DNA from: Gammaproteobacteria bacterium
Lineage (GTDB): Bacteria > Pseudomonadota > Gammaproteobacteria > Magnimaribacterales > D2472
Reading direction: 5' to 3'
Assembly (NCBI GenBank): GCA_023257795.1
Contig: JALRBL010000072.1
Span: forward strand, 1-49,716
DNA: 49,716 nt
Part shown: positions 40,265 through 49,716 of the stretch, piece by piece
Position numbering within the stretch: the stretch's first letter is position 1
Layout of the letters: every line of letters starts with the position of its first letter
The notes under the pieces: generated by a model
Databases searched by the model: none
What the model was told of the DNA's origin: nothing
What the model saw: only the letters and a program-made list of their open reading frames with translations
Program-made: the position numbers and the translations under genes

Positions 40265-42256
40265 GTGATAAATCTTAAATACTCAAGGCACAAATCTCTT
40301 TTTATAGCTCCTTTTATTCTGTTATTGAATATTTCCTGTGCAAATGAAGAGATACATTTTAGCAAACACAATTTATACAATGTTGAAATCAATAGGGACT
40401 TTTGGGGTGTGCCTTATATTAAGGGGAATACTAATATTGATGTAGCTTACGGCATTGGAAGAGTTCATGCAGAGGATGCATACGATGATCTCATAGAATT
40501 AATGCCGCTTTATAGAGGAAAGCTTGCTAAAGAAGATGGAATTTCAAATGCATCTACAGACTACCTAATTAGGTTGCTCAGAGTTTGGGATTCTCTAGAA
40601 AGAAATTGGGATAGCTTGGATCCAAAAATCATTGCTATGGCATCGGCCTATGCGGATGGCATTAATGATCAGGCATATAGCACAAAAAATTCTCAACACG
40701 ATGAAGTGGGTCCAATTAGCCCAAAGGACGTTTTAGCTGGCTCTTATATTCAACATATGTTTTTTGCTGGATTGCAAAAAGAACTAGCTCTTATTGGCAA
40801 TGAAAATAAAAAGGAACCAAGCGGTTCGAATGCCGTAGCGATTTCGGGGCCACTTACTGAAGAAGATCATTCTTATTTGATGATCAATTCTCATCAACCA
40901 CTTACTGGGCCTGTTGGATGGTATGAATTAAATGTATCCTCAAAGGAAGGTTGGCTTGCTCATGGCGGCAACTTTCCAGGTTCTTTCTTGGTCAATGTAG
41001 GAATGAATAAAACTTTAGGCTGGGGTGCAACCGTAAATCGACCCGATGTGGCGGATATCTATAAATTGACAATCAATCCTGATAACAACAATCAATACTT
41101 GCTCGATGATCATTGGGAAAACTTTGATATTGAAGAGGATTTTCTTGAGTTCAGGCTTTGGATGCTACCAGTGAGAGTTACGCAAAAATTTAGATATTCT
41201 AAATTTGGTCCAGTGATACCGGGTGATAACGGAGCAATGTATGCCATAAGGCATTCCTCAAATAATCATTTTCAAGAAACCTTGGGTTGGATGACTTTAA
41301 ATTTATCAACCTCGGTAGAAGAATTCGCTGAAAATATTCAAAAAAGACTTATTCCAAGTTTTAATTTTGTCACGTTGGATTCTCAACATAATATTGGTTT
41401 TTTTTATAATGGCAGAATACCAGTAAGAATTTTTCCTGAAGAAGCTAGATCAATACAAAAAGGAGAAGATTCAAAGTTAATTTGGAATGAAGATTCGATC
41501 ATTACAAAGTTGCCAACGTTCATAAACCCTCCCAATGGATGGTTGCAAAGCACCAACCAAGACCCATTCGAGGTTGCAGGAGATTATTCTCGAAATCAAA
41601 AACTAGGTTTTCCTAATGCAAGCTTTGAAACTAGGATTACTAACCGATCCTATAGGGCAGATGAAATCCTAGCAAGCGAAGAAATTATGAACTATGAAAA
41701 ATTTATTAATCTTAAATTTGATAATGCTTATTCAAAAAACTCTAGACAATACAAATACCTAGAAAACATTACAAAAAATGATGATTATTCTTTAAATCTA
41801 ATGTCTAACTGGAATATGCATTCCGAGCTTCAAAATAAAGAGGGTTATTTAATATGCCTTATGGCCCAAGAATGGAGCTCTGAATTCAATGGTACCGACA
41901 TACCCTCATTTGAAACAGCTGCTAAAGAGTGTTCTCAATTTGGTCCCAGCGGTTATCAGTCTAATAAAACATGGGCCCAAATAAATAAAATCGAGAGAAA
42001 TGATAGAACGCATCCTATTCAAGGCAGTGTGGATACACTTAGAGCCGTGTATGGTTCATTTGATAGAGCAAGAGAGGCATTTATTATGTCTGGAGGAGAT
42101 GGATTATTCTTTCTAATCAAGCAATCTAAGAATGACAGAGATATTTATGGGATGCATAATTTTGGTTCATCGCGAAATCCAAAATCAAACCACTACAGTG
42201 ATCAAACCTTCTTATTTGCTAGCGAGGCTTTGAGATATATTCCTCTGGAACTCTAA
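40265..42256 (+). CDS. Penicillin/acyl-homoserine-lactone acylase family Ntn-hydrolase, lipoprotein
   Basis: The track ORF starts at 40223, overlapping the divergent SDR gene. An in-frame GTG at 40265 gives (M)[24 protein letters not shown]|A, a signal peptide plus lipobox. It has a GSNAVAISG beta-chain N-terminal Ser context, plus [20 protein letters not shown] and [10 protein letters not shown]. Confidence 0.8.
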   Translation: MINLKYSRHKSLFIAPFILLLNISCANEEIHFSKHNLYNVEINRDFWGVPYIKGNTNIDVAYGIGRVHAEDAYDDLIELMPLYRGKLAKEDGISNASTDYLIRLLRVWDSLERNWDSLDPKIIAMASAYADGINDQAYSTKNSQHDEVGPISPKDVLAGSYIQHMFFAGLQKELALIGNENKKEPSGSNAVAISGPLTEEDHSYLMINSHQPLTGPVGWYELNVSSKEGWLAHGGNFPGSFLVNVGMNKTLGWGATVNRPDVADIYKLTINPDNNNQYLLDDHWENFDIEEDFLEFRLWMLPVRVTQKFRYSKFGPVIPGDNGAMYAIRHSSNNHFQETLGWMTLNLSTSVEEFAENIQKRLIPSFNFVTLDSQHNIGFFYNGRIPVRIFPEEARSIQKGEDSKLIWNEDSIITKLPTFINPPNGWLQSTNQDPFEVAGDYSRNQKLGFPNASFETRITNRSYRADEILASEEIMNYEKFINLKFDNAYSKNSRQYKYLENITKNDDYSLNLMSNWNMHSELQNKEGYLICLMAQEWSSEFNGTDIPSFETAAKECSQFGPSGYQSNKTWAQINKIERNDRTHPIQGSVDTLRAVYGSFDRAREAFIMSGGDGLFFLIKQSKNDRDIYGMHNFGSSRNPKSNHYSDQTFLFASEALRYIPLEL

Positions 42257-43713
42257 AAGGAATTATTTTCAACTCTTAGCATCTCTTGAAACTCAATAAC
42301 TGACATAGATTCAAGATTTTGTTGATCAATGCAACGATTGTAAATATCGTTAGCTTTATCTTCAGAGTATATTTTTAATAAGTTTGTTTTAAACTTTCTT
42401 TCTAAAACTGGGATGCCCTCTTCTCTTCGTCTTTTATGGCCAATAGGATATTCAACTTCTAAAGCATCAGTTGCAGTGCCATCTTCAAAAAAGATTTGTA
42501 TTTTATTTGCAATCGATCGTTTATCAGCTTCTAAATATTCTTCGGTATATCTCTTGTCTTCTTTGATGATCATTTTTTCTCTAAGAGAATCAATCATCGG
42601 ATCTTGAGCAACATCATCTTCGTAATGCTCGGCAATCAGATCTCCATGAATAAGTCCTATGGCAATCATATATTGCAAACAGTGGTCTCTATCTGCTGGG
42701 TTATTCAGCTCGCCAACTTTAGAAATGATTCTTATGGCAGATTCATGCGTGGTGACTTCAATTTGTTTGATTTCATTTAATCTATCTTTGATTTCAGGAT
42801 GGAGTTTTACTGCAGCTTCTACAGCAGTTTGTGCGTGAAATTCTGCTGGAAAGCTAATTTTAAATAGTACATTCTCCATTACATATGAATCAAAGGCTTG
42901 CGGGAGAGAGAGCTGTTCACCCTTAAATAAAACATCTTCAAAACCCCATTTTTTGGCAGATAGTACGCTTGGATAACCCATTTCTCCTGATAAAGTTATC
43001 ATAGCAAGCCTAACCGCTCTGCTTGTAGCATCCCCAGCAGCCCAGCTTTTTCTGGATCCTGCATTTGGAGCATGTCTATAGGTTCTTAAACTCTGGCCAT
43101 CCACCCACGCATGAGTAACTGCATCGCGAATCTGTTCGAAAGAACCGCCTAATAACTTTGTAGCGACGGCAGTAGACGCAACTTTTACAAGAACTACATG
43201 ATCTATGCCAACTCTATTGAAGCTGTTTTTGAGTGCCAATACCCCCTGGATTTCATGCGCCATTACCATGCATTCCAAAACTTGTCTCATAGTTAGAGCT
43301 TTTCCACCATCGGCTTTATTTTTTTGAGAAACGAAATCTGCAACTGCAAGGATTGCACCAAGATTATCAGATGGATGACCCCACTCGGCAGCGAGCCATG
43401 TATCGTTGTAATCCAACCATCTGATCATGCAACCTATATCAAAAGCACCCTTAATAGGGTCTAATTGGAAACTTGTTCCAGGAACTCTCACCCCGAAAGG
43501 AACTTCAGTGCCAGGTACTACTGGTCCAAGCATTTTGGTGCACGCAGGAAAAGTTAATGCCAGCAAACCACAACCAATAGTATCGATAAGGCAGTTTTTT
43601 GCAGTTGTTAGAGCAAGATCTGATTTAACCTCATACTCATGGGCATATTTTGCAATCTCAGTTACAAGAGAGTCATATTCTGAACGGACATTTATATCAA
43701 CATTATTGGACAT
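42253..43713 (-). CDS. prpD: 2-methylcitrate dehydratase
   Basis: 486 aa MmgE/PrpD family, in prpB-prpC-prpD order. Confidence 0.9.
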   Translation of the reverse strand: MSNNVDINVRSEYDSLVTEIAKYAHEYEVKSDLALTTAKNCLIDTIGCGLLALTFPACTKMLGPVVPGTEVPFGVRVPGTSFQLDPIKGAFDIGCMIRWLDYNDTWLAAEWGHPSDNLGAILAVADFVSQKNKADGGKALTMRQVLECMVMAHEIQGVLALKNSFNRVGIDHVVLVKVASTAVATKLLGGSFEQIRDAVTHAWVDGQSLRTYRHAPNAGSRKSWAAGDATSRAVRLAMITLSGEMGYPSVLSAKKWGFEDVLFKGEQLSLPQAFDSYVMENVLFKISFPAEFHAQTAVEAAVKLHPEIKDRLNEIKQIEVTTHESAIRIISKVGELNNPADRDHCLQYMIAIGLIHGDLIAEHYEDDVAQDPMIDSLREKMIIKEDKRYTEEYLEADKRSIANKIQIFFEDGTATDALEVEYPIGHKRRREEGIPVLERKFKTNLLKIYSEDKANDIYNRCIDQQNLESMSVIEFQEMLRVENNSF

Positions 43714-44834
43714 TAGGTTCTGTCCTTAATATCAACCCATACCGAGGATTCGGGGCCAGTATAATGCGCAGAAGGTCTAATAATTCTATTATTCGCCCTT
43801 TGCTCAATACAGTGAGCAGTCCAGCCTGCAACTCTGGACATAACGAATATTGGAGTAAACAATTTTGTTGCGATGCCCATATAGAAATAGGCAGAAGCAT
43901 GGAAAAAATCAGCATTTGCGAATAGTTTCTTCTCTTCCCACATAACCTTTTCGACTTCCTCGGATACTTCATAAAGAGAATTATCTCCGTATTCTTCAGA
44001 GAGCAATTTTGAATAGGTCTTTATCACAGCATTTCTAGGATCTCTTTCGGAATAGACTGCATGTCCAAATCCCATGATCTTTTCTTTATTGGCTAGCATA
44101 GAAAGTATATGTTCCCTTGCTTCGTCTCTTGTTTTCCAACCCTCTATCATCTCCATAGCTTTTTCATTAGCCCCACCATGCAATGGTCCTCTTAAAGATC
44201 CAATTGCTGCAACTACACATGAATGCAAATCCGACATAGTGGATGCACAAACTCTAGCAGTAAAAGTGGACGCATTGAATTCATGCTCAGCATATAAAAT
44301 TAGAGATACGTCCATGACCCTTCTGTGAAGATCGGATGGAGTTTTCCCATGCAAGATATGAAGAAAATGTCCCGCAAGAGAATCTTCATTATTATTTAAA
44401 TCAATATCGACACCCTCATGTGAAAACTTGTACCAATAAACAACAATGGATGCCATGGTTGCTAGCATTCTATTGGTTGCATCTAATTGATTTGCAAAAT
44501 CACCTTCTGGCTCCAAATTTCCAAGCATAGAAGTTCCCGTTCTCATTACATCCATGGGATGTGCAGATGCAGGTATCTTTTGCAATACATCTTTTAAGGT
44601 TTGAGGAAGATCTCTCTTAGATTTTAAAAGAGCTTTGTAATTATCGAGCTCGCTTTGAGTTGGTAATTTTCCATAGAGAAGCAAATGCGCAACTTCTTCA
44701 AAAGTTGCTTTTTCTGCAAGCGTTTCAACCTTGTGGCCCCTGTAAGCAAGGCCTTCAACTTGTCCAACAGTACAGAGTGAGGTTTCCCCAGCAACTTGGC
44801 CTCTTAATCCAGCTCCCTCTAATTTTTTAACCAT
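43713..44834 (-). CDS. prpC: 2-methylcitrate synthase
   Basis: 373 aa citrate-synthase fold with [16 protein letters not shown] and a late D-F pattern. Sits between prpB and prpD. Confidence 0.93.
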   Translation of the reverse strand: MVKKLEGAGLRGQVAGETSLCTVGQVEGLAYRGHKVETLAEKATFEEVAHLLLYGKLPTQSELDNYKALLKSKRDLPQTLKDVLQKIPASAHPMDVMRTGTSMLGNLEPEGDFANQLDATNRMLATMASIVVYWYKFSHEGVDIDLNNNEDSLAGHFLHILHGKTPSDLHRRVMDVSLILYAEHEFNASTFTARVCASTMSDLHSCVVAAIGSLRGPLHGGANEKAMEMIEGWKTRDEAREHILSMLANKEKIMGFGHAVYSERDPRNAVIKTYSKLLSEEYGDNSLYEVSEEVEKVMWEEKKLFANADFFHASAYFYMGIATKLFTPIFVMSRVAGWTAHCIEQRANNRIIRPSAHYTGPESSVWVDIKDRT

Positions 44835-44849
44835 CCTTTGTCTCCAAAT

Positions 44850-45719
44850 TTATTTCTTAAACAAGTTATCTAAAGTGTTTTCGTAACTGTGATAATCAAG
44901 CTGTTTATATAGCTCATCACGCGTTTGCATTTTTCCCAACAAATCTTGCTGAGTGCCTTGTTGAGCGATCACATTATACACTTCTTCAGCCGACTTGCTC
45001 ATGGCTCTAAATGCTGAAAGAGGAAATAACATAATATCTACGCCAGCAGATGCCAACTCCTCAGCTGTTAAGAGGGGTGTTTTCCCAAATTCTGTAATGT
45101 TTGCCAAAATAGGAGCAGAAATTTTTTCTCTCAATACTTTATATTCATCAAGAGAGTGGACGGCTTCTAAAAAAATACCATCGGCACCAGCTTCAAGATA
45201 TCGTGAACTTCTTTCTACGGCACCTTCAATGCCTTCATTAGCGTATGCATCTGTTCGAGCCATAATAAAAAAATCTGCATTAGTTCTTCCATCAACAGCA
45301 GCCTTTAACCTATCGACCATCTCACTAGTTGTTACAAGCTCTTTGTTTGGCCTATGTCCGCAACGCTTTTGACTAACTTGATCTTCGATATGAACTGCGG
45401 CAACTCCGGCACCCTCTAATTCTTTAATGGTTCTAGCAATATTGAATGCTCCTCCCCAACCGGTATCAATATCGACAAGCAGAGGTAGATCACAAGCATT
45501 GCAAATTCTTCTAGCATCAATGAGAACATCTTCTAAACTGGTAATGCCTAGGTCAGGTATTCCGTAAGAGGCATTTGCAACTCCAGCTCCTGATAAATAG
45601 ATTGCTTTATGACCTGCTGACTTTGCCAACATGGCTGCATAAGCATTAATTGTACCAACTACCATTAGTGGCTTATTTTCGGTAATAGCTTGTCTAAATT
45701 TTTTCCCTGCTGAAATCAT
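44850..45719 (-). CDS. prpB: Methylisocitrate lyase
   Basis: 289 aa ICL/PEP-mutase fold with DIDTGWGG and the catalytic loop KRCGHRPNK. Confidence 0.93.
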   Translation of the reverse strand: MISAGKKFRQAITENKPLMVVGTINAYAAMLAKSAGHKAIYLSGAGVANASYGIPDLGITSLEDVLIDARRICNACDLPLLVDIDTGWGGAFNIARTIKELEGAGVAAVHIEDQVSQKRCGHRPNKELVTTSEMVDRLKAAVDGRTNADFFIMARTDAYANEGIEGAVERSSRYLEAGADGIFLEAVHSLDEYKVLREKISAPILANITEFGKTPLLTAEELASAGVDIMLFPLSAFRAMSKSAEEVYNVIAQQGTQQDLLGKMQTRDELYKQLDYHSYENTLDNLFKK

Positions 45720-45733
45720 CGTGATATTTTAAC

Positions 45734-46393
45734 TTAATTATAAAACTTGATGCCTCTAATAATTCTTGATTTATCATTTTGCATGCGCCATCTGTTGGTA
45801 TCTCTCAGACTATATACACAACCACAATATTCTTGCTGATAAAAATTCTCTCTCTTAGAAATTTCAATCATCCGAGAGGAACCTCCTTGCTTGCGCCAAT
45901 TAAAATCCCAATAAATCAAATCAGCATGCCTATTAGCTGCTCTTAAGCCTGAACTGTTAATTTGATTCATATCTTTCCATCTTGATATACCTAAAGTTGT
46001 TGCAAATACTGGAAAATTATTTTCTGCCGCATGCAATGCAGATCTTTCAAATCGCATGTCGAAGCATTTTGTGCAGCGCTCGCCTCTCTCTGGTTCGTTT
46101 TCTAAACCTTTAATTCTTGCAAACCAATTATCGGTATCATAATCAGCATCTATAAAATCAAAACCAAGCTTTTTACAAAACTTAACATTCTCTTCTTTCC
46201 TAATCAGATATTCTTCAACAGGATGGATATTTGGATTGTAAAAATATACTGTAGTTTCTATACCGGAAGCAGCAACAGCTTCCATAATTTCGCCAGCACA
46301 TGGTGCACAACAGCTGTGGAGCAGAAGCTTCTTTTCTTTGCTTGGAAACTCAAGCTCAGGTCTAGAATAATTTGAAAGTTTAAGATCTTCCAT
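45734..46393 (-). CDS. queH: Epoxyqueuosine reductase QueH (DUF208)
   Basis: 219 aa with [19 protein letters not shown] and YCGCVYS Cys clusters characteristic of QueH. Confidence 0.85.
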   Translation of the reverse strand: MEDLKLSNYSRPELEFPSKEKKLLLHSCCAPCAGEIMEAVAASGIETTVYFYNPNIHPVEEYLIRKEENVKFCKKLGFDFIDADYDTDNWFARIKGLENEPERGERCTKCFDMRFERSALHAAENNFPVFATTLGISRWKDMNQINSSGLRAANRHADLIYWDFNWRKQGGSSRMIEISKRENFYQQEYCGCVYSLRDTNRWRMQNDKSRIIRGIKFYN

Positions 46394-46989
46394 TATTGCA
46401 AATTTTTTAATTCTTCTAATAACTCGCTATAAGATTGCACGCTAGATATTGCTGGATATGCATCAGTTATAACCTGAGGAGCATTAATGAAGTATGCTTT
46501 TTCTGAGACTTCAAACATTTGGATGTCATTGTACGAATCTCCCACTGCTATGCAAGAGTATCCCATCCCATTGAAAGCTTCTACGGCTTGCTTTTTTGCT
46601 TTTTCGGCTCTTAGTCTATAGCCAGAAATCATATCCCCATCAATTTGTAATCTATGACAAAGCAATAAAGGGTCTCCTAGCTTGCTCATTAATGGCATTG
46701 CTAGTTCATAGAAGGTATCCGATAAAATTACCACTTGGAAATCTTGCCTTACCCGATTAAGAAATTCACGAGCTCCATCTAAGGGAGTCATTTGTTCTGC
46801 AACCTTTTTTAACGAACTAAAAGAAATATTATGCTTTTGCATTAACCTTATCCTATAGTCCATGAGCTCGCCAAAAGATGGTATATCTCTTGTAGTTTTT
46901 AAAAGTTCTGGAACATTGGTTTGGCGCGCTACTTCTTGCCAAATCTCCGGAGTCAAAGTTCCTTCCATATCAAGACAAACTATTTTCAT
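46393..46989 (-). CDS. thrH: Phosphoserine phosphatase / homoserine phosphotransferase ThrH (HAD family)
   Basis: 198 aa. [17 protein letters not shown]...[18 protein letters not shown]...LLCHRLQID...[11 protein letters not shown] is collinear with Pseudomonas ThrH as I recall it. Confidence 0.85.
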   Translation of the reverse strand: MKIVCLDMEGTLTPEIWQEVARQTNVPELLKTTRDIPSFGELMDYRIRLMQKHNISFSSLKKVAEQMTPLDGAREFLNRVRQDFQVVILSDTFYELAMPLMSKLGDPLLLCHRLQIDGDMISGYRLRAEKAKKQAVEAFNGMGYSCIAVGDSYNDIQMFEVSEKAYFINAPQVITDAYPAISSVQSYSELLEELKNLQ

Positions 46990-47867
46990 TGATTCTTCAC
47001 CCCATAAATCACATGCCCTGAAGACACTTCTTTTTGCGCATCATCGATATTCAACATTTGATCATCAAAAAAGATGTCAGCTCCAAAAGACTTTAGAAAA
47101 TCAGTTTTGTTCATTCCACCAAGAAATAATGATTCATCAACACGAACGTTCCATTTTCGTAATGTTTTAATGACTCGAGTATGCGATGGTGCAGAACGCG
47201 CTGTCACAAGAGCAATCCTAATCGGGCAATTATCCTCAAGTTCAGCCTGCAGTTTGTTAAGCTCTATGAGAAATGATTTAAACGGCCCTGCAGTTAGCAA
47301 AGAGGTATTATTTTTCTCAGATTCTAAGAATGCATTTAGACCTTTTTCATGAAAGATTTTTTCAGCTTCATCTGAGAAAATGACTGAATCACCATCAAAT
47401 GCAATTTTTAAAAAACTATCGTCTGTTATTTCGCGAGTTTTATTACTTACAATTCGTGCAGCAGGTACTCGGTTTTGAATTGCCATCACAACATCACTTG
47501 CATCGCTGGATAAAAATAATCCAACGCCAAAAGATTTTACATATCTATAGGGACTCTCGCCACCTGAAAAAACTGCTCGAGTAATATCAAGCCTATGGTG
47601 TTCTATAGAGTTAAAAATACGAAGACCTGTATCAGCAGTATTTCTTGAAAGAAGAACTACTTCTACTCTCTGTTGATCATAAAAATCATTAATTCTTAAG
47701 ATTTTTCTTACAAGATTAAAAGCCTCTCCTGGTTCTAAAACTTTAGTTTCATTTGTTATTTGATGCTGCCTATATGCCTCAACGCCCTCTAATTCAAAGA
47801 CTTTGTGACTCTCATTTAGATTAAATAAAGCTCGAGAAGAAATGCCAATAACTAACTTTGACTGCAT
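46986..47867 (-). CDS. 5'-nucleotidase family protein (PF06189-like, HAD-related)
   Basis: 293 aa. IGISSRALFNLNESHKVFELEGVEAYRQHQ, VVLLSRNTADTGLRIFNSIEHHRLDITRAVFSGGESPYRYVKSFG and FDDQ resemble the bacterial cytosolic 5'-nucleotidase family. Confidence 0.7.
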   Translation of the reverse strand: MQSKLVIGISSRALFNLNESHKVFELEGVEAYRQHQITNETKVLEPGEAFNLVRKILRINDFYDQQRVEVVLLSRNTADTGLRIFNSIEHHRLDITRAVFSGGESPYRYVKSFGVGLFLSSDASDVVMAIQNRVPAARIVSNKTREITDDSFLKIAFDGDSVIFSDEAEKIFHEKGLNAFLESEKNNTSLLTAGPFKSFLIELNKLQAELEDNCPIRIALVTARSAPSHTRVIKTLRKWNVRVDESLFLGGMNKTDFLKSFGADIFFDDQMLNIDDAQKEVSSGHVIYGVKNQ

Positions 47868-47893
47868 ATTTGAAAATAGTTAAAAAAAATATA

Positions 47894-47913
47894 TACTGTA
47901 ATTATATACAGTA
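47894..47913. promoter_or_regulatory. LexA operator (SOS box) in the lexA / 5'-nucleotidase divergent gap
   Basis: TACTGTAATTATATACAGTA is a perfect CTGT-N8-ACAG. It ends 6 nt before the lexA ATG. Plus-strand TTGAAA (47870-75), a 16-bp spacer and TATACT (47892-97) form a plausible promoter. The minus strand reads TATAAT at 47906-47901. Confidence 0.9.
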
Positions 47914-47919
47914 TAAATT

Positions 47920-48519
47920 ATGATAAAAATAACTGCCCAACAACAAAAAGTCCTTGATTGTATAGAAGTGTACATCAAAGAAACTGGCTTTCCACCAACA
48001 AGATTAGAGATTTGCAATGAATTGGGGTTCAAATCACCAAATGCTGCCGAAATGCACCTACGAGCTTTAGAAAAAAAGGGTGTCATTAGCATTAAAAGTG
48101 GTTCCTCCAGAGGCATTGTTCTAAACAATAAAATCCCAGATGGTTACCCAGTTATTGGTTTAGTTGCTGCTGGTTCGCCAACTCTTGCTACAGAAAATAT
48201 TGAAAGAAATATCCAATGCGATTCATCGCTCTTTGGTAGTAATTTTGATTATTTCTTGAAGGTTAAGGGGCTTAGTATGATTGAAGCAGGTATATTTGAG
48301 GATGACCTTGTTGCTATAAAGAAAACTACAGATGTAAAAAACGGCGATTTAGTTGTTGCTCGTATAGGTGACGAGGTAACCCTTAAACATTTTTATAGGA
48401 CGCAAGAAAGTATCGAATTGAGGCCTGCAAATAAAGATTACTCAGTAATTAAAATTAATAACTCCGTTTCTCAATTTGAAATTGAAGGCAAAGGAATAGG
48501 GCTCCTAAGAACCCATTAA
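47920..48519 (+). CDS. lexA: LexA repressor
   Basis: 199 aa with a winged-helix N-domain, cleavage site VAAG (Ala-Gly), Ser in GLSM and Lys in VTLKHF. Its own SOS box lies upstream. Confidence 0.96.
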   Translation: MIKITAQQQKVLDCIEVYIKETGFPPTRLEICNELGFKSPNAAEMHLRALEKKGVISIKSGSSRGIVLNNKIPDGYPVIGLVAAGSPTLATENIERNIQCDSSLFGSNFDYFLKVKGLSMIEAGIFEDDLVAIKKTTDVKNGDLVVARIGDEVTLKHFYRTQESIELRPANKDYSVIKINNSVSQFEIEGKGIGLLRTH

Positions 48520-48773
48520 TGCAAAGTAATATTTTTCTTTGAGGTCTTACGTTTAACATTTTCAAAGAAATCATCAAAATCAATCACTTGCCCACTAACG
48601 GATTCTAGACCTGCTCTGATCATTTCTTTTGCTACTGAAAGCTCTTCACCATTTAAAAAATCACGTGATTCTTTTCCAAATTCAATTTTGACAATTGGAT
48701 TTTCAAGATCGTCCGCCCTTCGAAGAACAATGCTTCCGTCTGATAACTGTGTAAGCTCTAGATAATTTGACAT
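48516..48773 (-). CDS. Hypothetical 85-aa protein (acidic body, basic C-terminal tail)
   Basis: ORF only, with no motif I recognise. It fills the gap between topA and lexA exactly, and its stop overlaps the lexA stop (TTAA). Confidence 0.5.
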   Translation of the reverse strand: MSNYLELTQLSDGSIVLRRADDLENPIVKIEFGKESRDFLNGEELSVAKEMIRAGLESVSGQVIDFDDFFENVKRKTSKKNITLH

Positions 48774-48821
48774 ACTTTTGACTGTAACATGTTGAAGATT
48801 TAATTAATAGGATTGAACACG

Positions 48822-49716
48822 CTATTTTTTAGTGGAAATTTGCCACGAATTATTTGAATAAATTGCAGTGATGCCTGTCTTCTTGCCATCTTTTTCTGCG
48901 CTAAGATAATGTGTATCCTCAGTCTTGTTATATCTTACGATGAATGGATTACCATCATCATCATGTTCTGGAGCAGAGAGTAAAAACTGGTGTTTTTTTG
49001 GTAATGCTTCTGCAGCCATTTTTAGCTCACTTACCTCTGGAGCCCTAGCTTCTCTGTTTTTGGGAAATTGACTAGCAGCAAGGAAGAGGCCCTTCAAGCT
49101 ATCTCTTAACAAAAAATGATCTTCAACTTTAGAACATTGTAATTGAGGCAAGGGGATTGGATCCATAAATATTGGATATGGCTCGCCGTTTCTCTGGAGT
49201 CTTCTGGTAGCATCACAGTTATTATTGCTACAAGCAAAATACTTCCCAAATCTTCCCGTTTTTAACTGCATATCAGCGCCGCACTTATGACAATCTAGAG
49301 TCGGGCCATCGTAGCCCTTTAATTTATATGCACCCTCTTCAACCTCGACACCATCACAATCTGGATTATTAGAGCAAACATGGAGTTTCATCCCTTCATC
49401 TATTAGATAATTATCCATGCTGACATCGCATTTTGGGCAACGTCGCTTAATTAATAAGTTTTCTGCTTCTTGCTGATCATCGATGCTGATAGCTTCATCA
49501 CCTGAAATCAAATTAAGCGTTTTTTTGCATTGATACTCTTGCGCATTGTTGTAGCCAGAACAACTTAAAAATACACCAGTTGCTGAATTTCTGATATTTA
49601 GATTATTGGTATTACATTCAGGACAACTTAGAGGAGTAATCACAGGATTATTTCTTCTCATACCATTGAATTCATCCATTGCCTGATCAAGATCATCTTG
49701 GAAAGCTTTGTAATAT
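48822..49716 (-). CDS. topA: DNA topoisomerase I, C-terminal zinc-ribbon region (5' part outside window)
   Basis: The frame stays open beyond the track ORF's Met to the window edge (..YYKAFQDDLDQAMDEFNGM..). It has repeated CxxC...CxxC zinc ribbons (CPECN, CPKCD, CHKCG) and a TopA C-terminal tail. Confidence 0.9.
   Translation of the reverse strand, partial: YYKAFQDDLDQAMDEFNGMRRNNPVITPLSCPECNTNNLNIRNSATGVFLSCSGYNNAQEYQCKKTLNLISGDEAISIDDQQEAENLLIKRRCPKCDVSMDNYLIDEGMKLHVCSNNPDCDGVEVEEGAYKLKGYDGPTLDCHKCGADMQLKTGRFGKYFACSNNNCDATRRLQRNGEPYPIFMDPIPLPQLQCSKVEDHFLLRDSLKGLFLAASQFPKNREARAPEVSELKMAAEALPKKHQFLLSAPEHDDDGNPFIVRYNKTEDTHYLSAEKDGKKTGITAIYSNNSWQISTKK

Noticed and set aside
43650-43972. ORFs 43650..43925(+) and 43703..43972(-) around the prpC/prpD junction
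   Set aside because: They overlap the well-supported prpC 3' end in alternative frames. The prpC/prpD junction is already explained by a 1-nt stop/start overlap.
44995-45372. 125-aa ORF antisense to prpB
   Set aside because: It is embedded in methylisocitrate lyase, with no independent signals.
46862-47170. 102-aa plus-strand ORF spanning the thrH / 5'-nucleotidase junction
   Set aside because: It is antisense to two recognisable genes and has no motifs or initiation signals.
48783-48798. Possible third LexA box CTGTAACATGTTGAAG upstream of the 85-aa ORF
   Set aside because: Only the CTGT half-site is present. The right half reads GAAG rather than ACAG, so the essential CAG is missing. It is most likely not a LexA site; the palindrome is noted separately.
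1-49716. Window-wide look for CRISPR arrays, IS elements, prophage genes, toxin-antitoxin pairs or defence-system hallmarks
   Set aside because: No repeat-spacer periodicity, no transposase, integrase or recombinase-like ORFs, and no clusters of unknown genes were found. All gaps are 92 bp or shorter, and almost every ORF has a housekeeping identity.

Overview
This is an AT-rich, very densely packed core-genome window from a streamlined gammaproteobacterium. The taxon is inferred from Pseudomonas/E. coli-like synteny and from CTGT-N8-ACAG LexA boxes. I call 50 protein genes, 2 tRNAs (Ser-GCT, Asn-GTT) and 2 LexA operators. By my tally only about 760 nt (~1.5%) lies outside called genes, and the longest gap is 92 bp. 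Content is mostly housekeeping:
- translation: alaS, cysS, truA, hflX
- purine synthesis: purL, purF
- amino-acid synthesis: lysC, asd, leuCD, aroC, trpFBA, thrH
- envelope: lpxH, an MltF-like transglycosylase, a SPOR protein, cvpA, a mini-FimV
- central metabolism: acnB, prpBCD, accD
- SOS/repair set: lexA, umuDC, uvrB, plus the topA 3' end

I see no CRISPR array, integrase, transposase, phage remnant, toxin-antitoxin pair or defence-island-like cluster, and I cannot honestly nominate a clear new multi-gene system. The observations most worth follow-up are:
1. A single LexA box fills a 52-bp divergent gap and carries a consensus -10 on the opposite strand, so it may gate a nucleotidase-thrH-queH-prpBCD gene string.
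2. UmuD has Leu-Gly where Ala/Cys-Gly is expected at the self-cleavage site.
3. All seven convergent protein-gene junctions overlap at their stop codons, leaving no room for terminators.
4. The hflX N-terminal domain has no in-frame canonical start; an ATG lies one frame off.
5. A class I dihydroorotase with a QxH metal motif occupies the slot where csrA normally sits between alaS/lysC and tRNA-Ser(GCU).

Functional calls come from motif recognition and remembered family sequences only. No searches were run.
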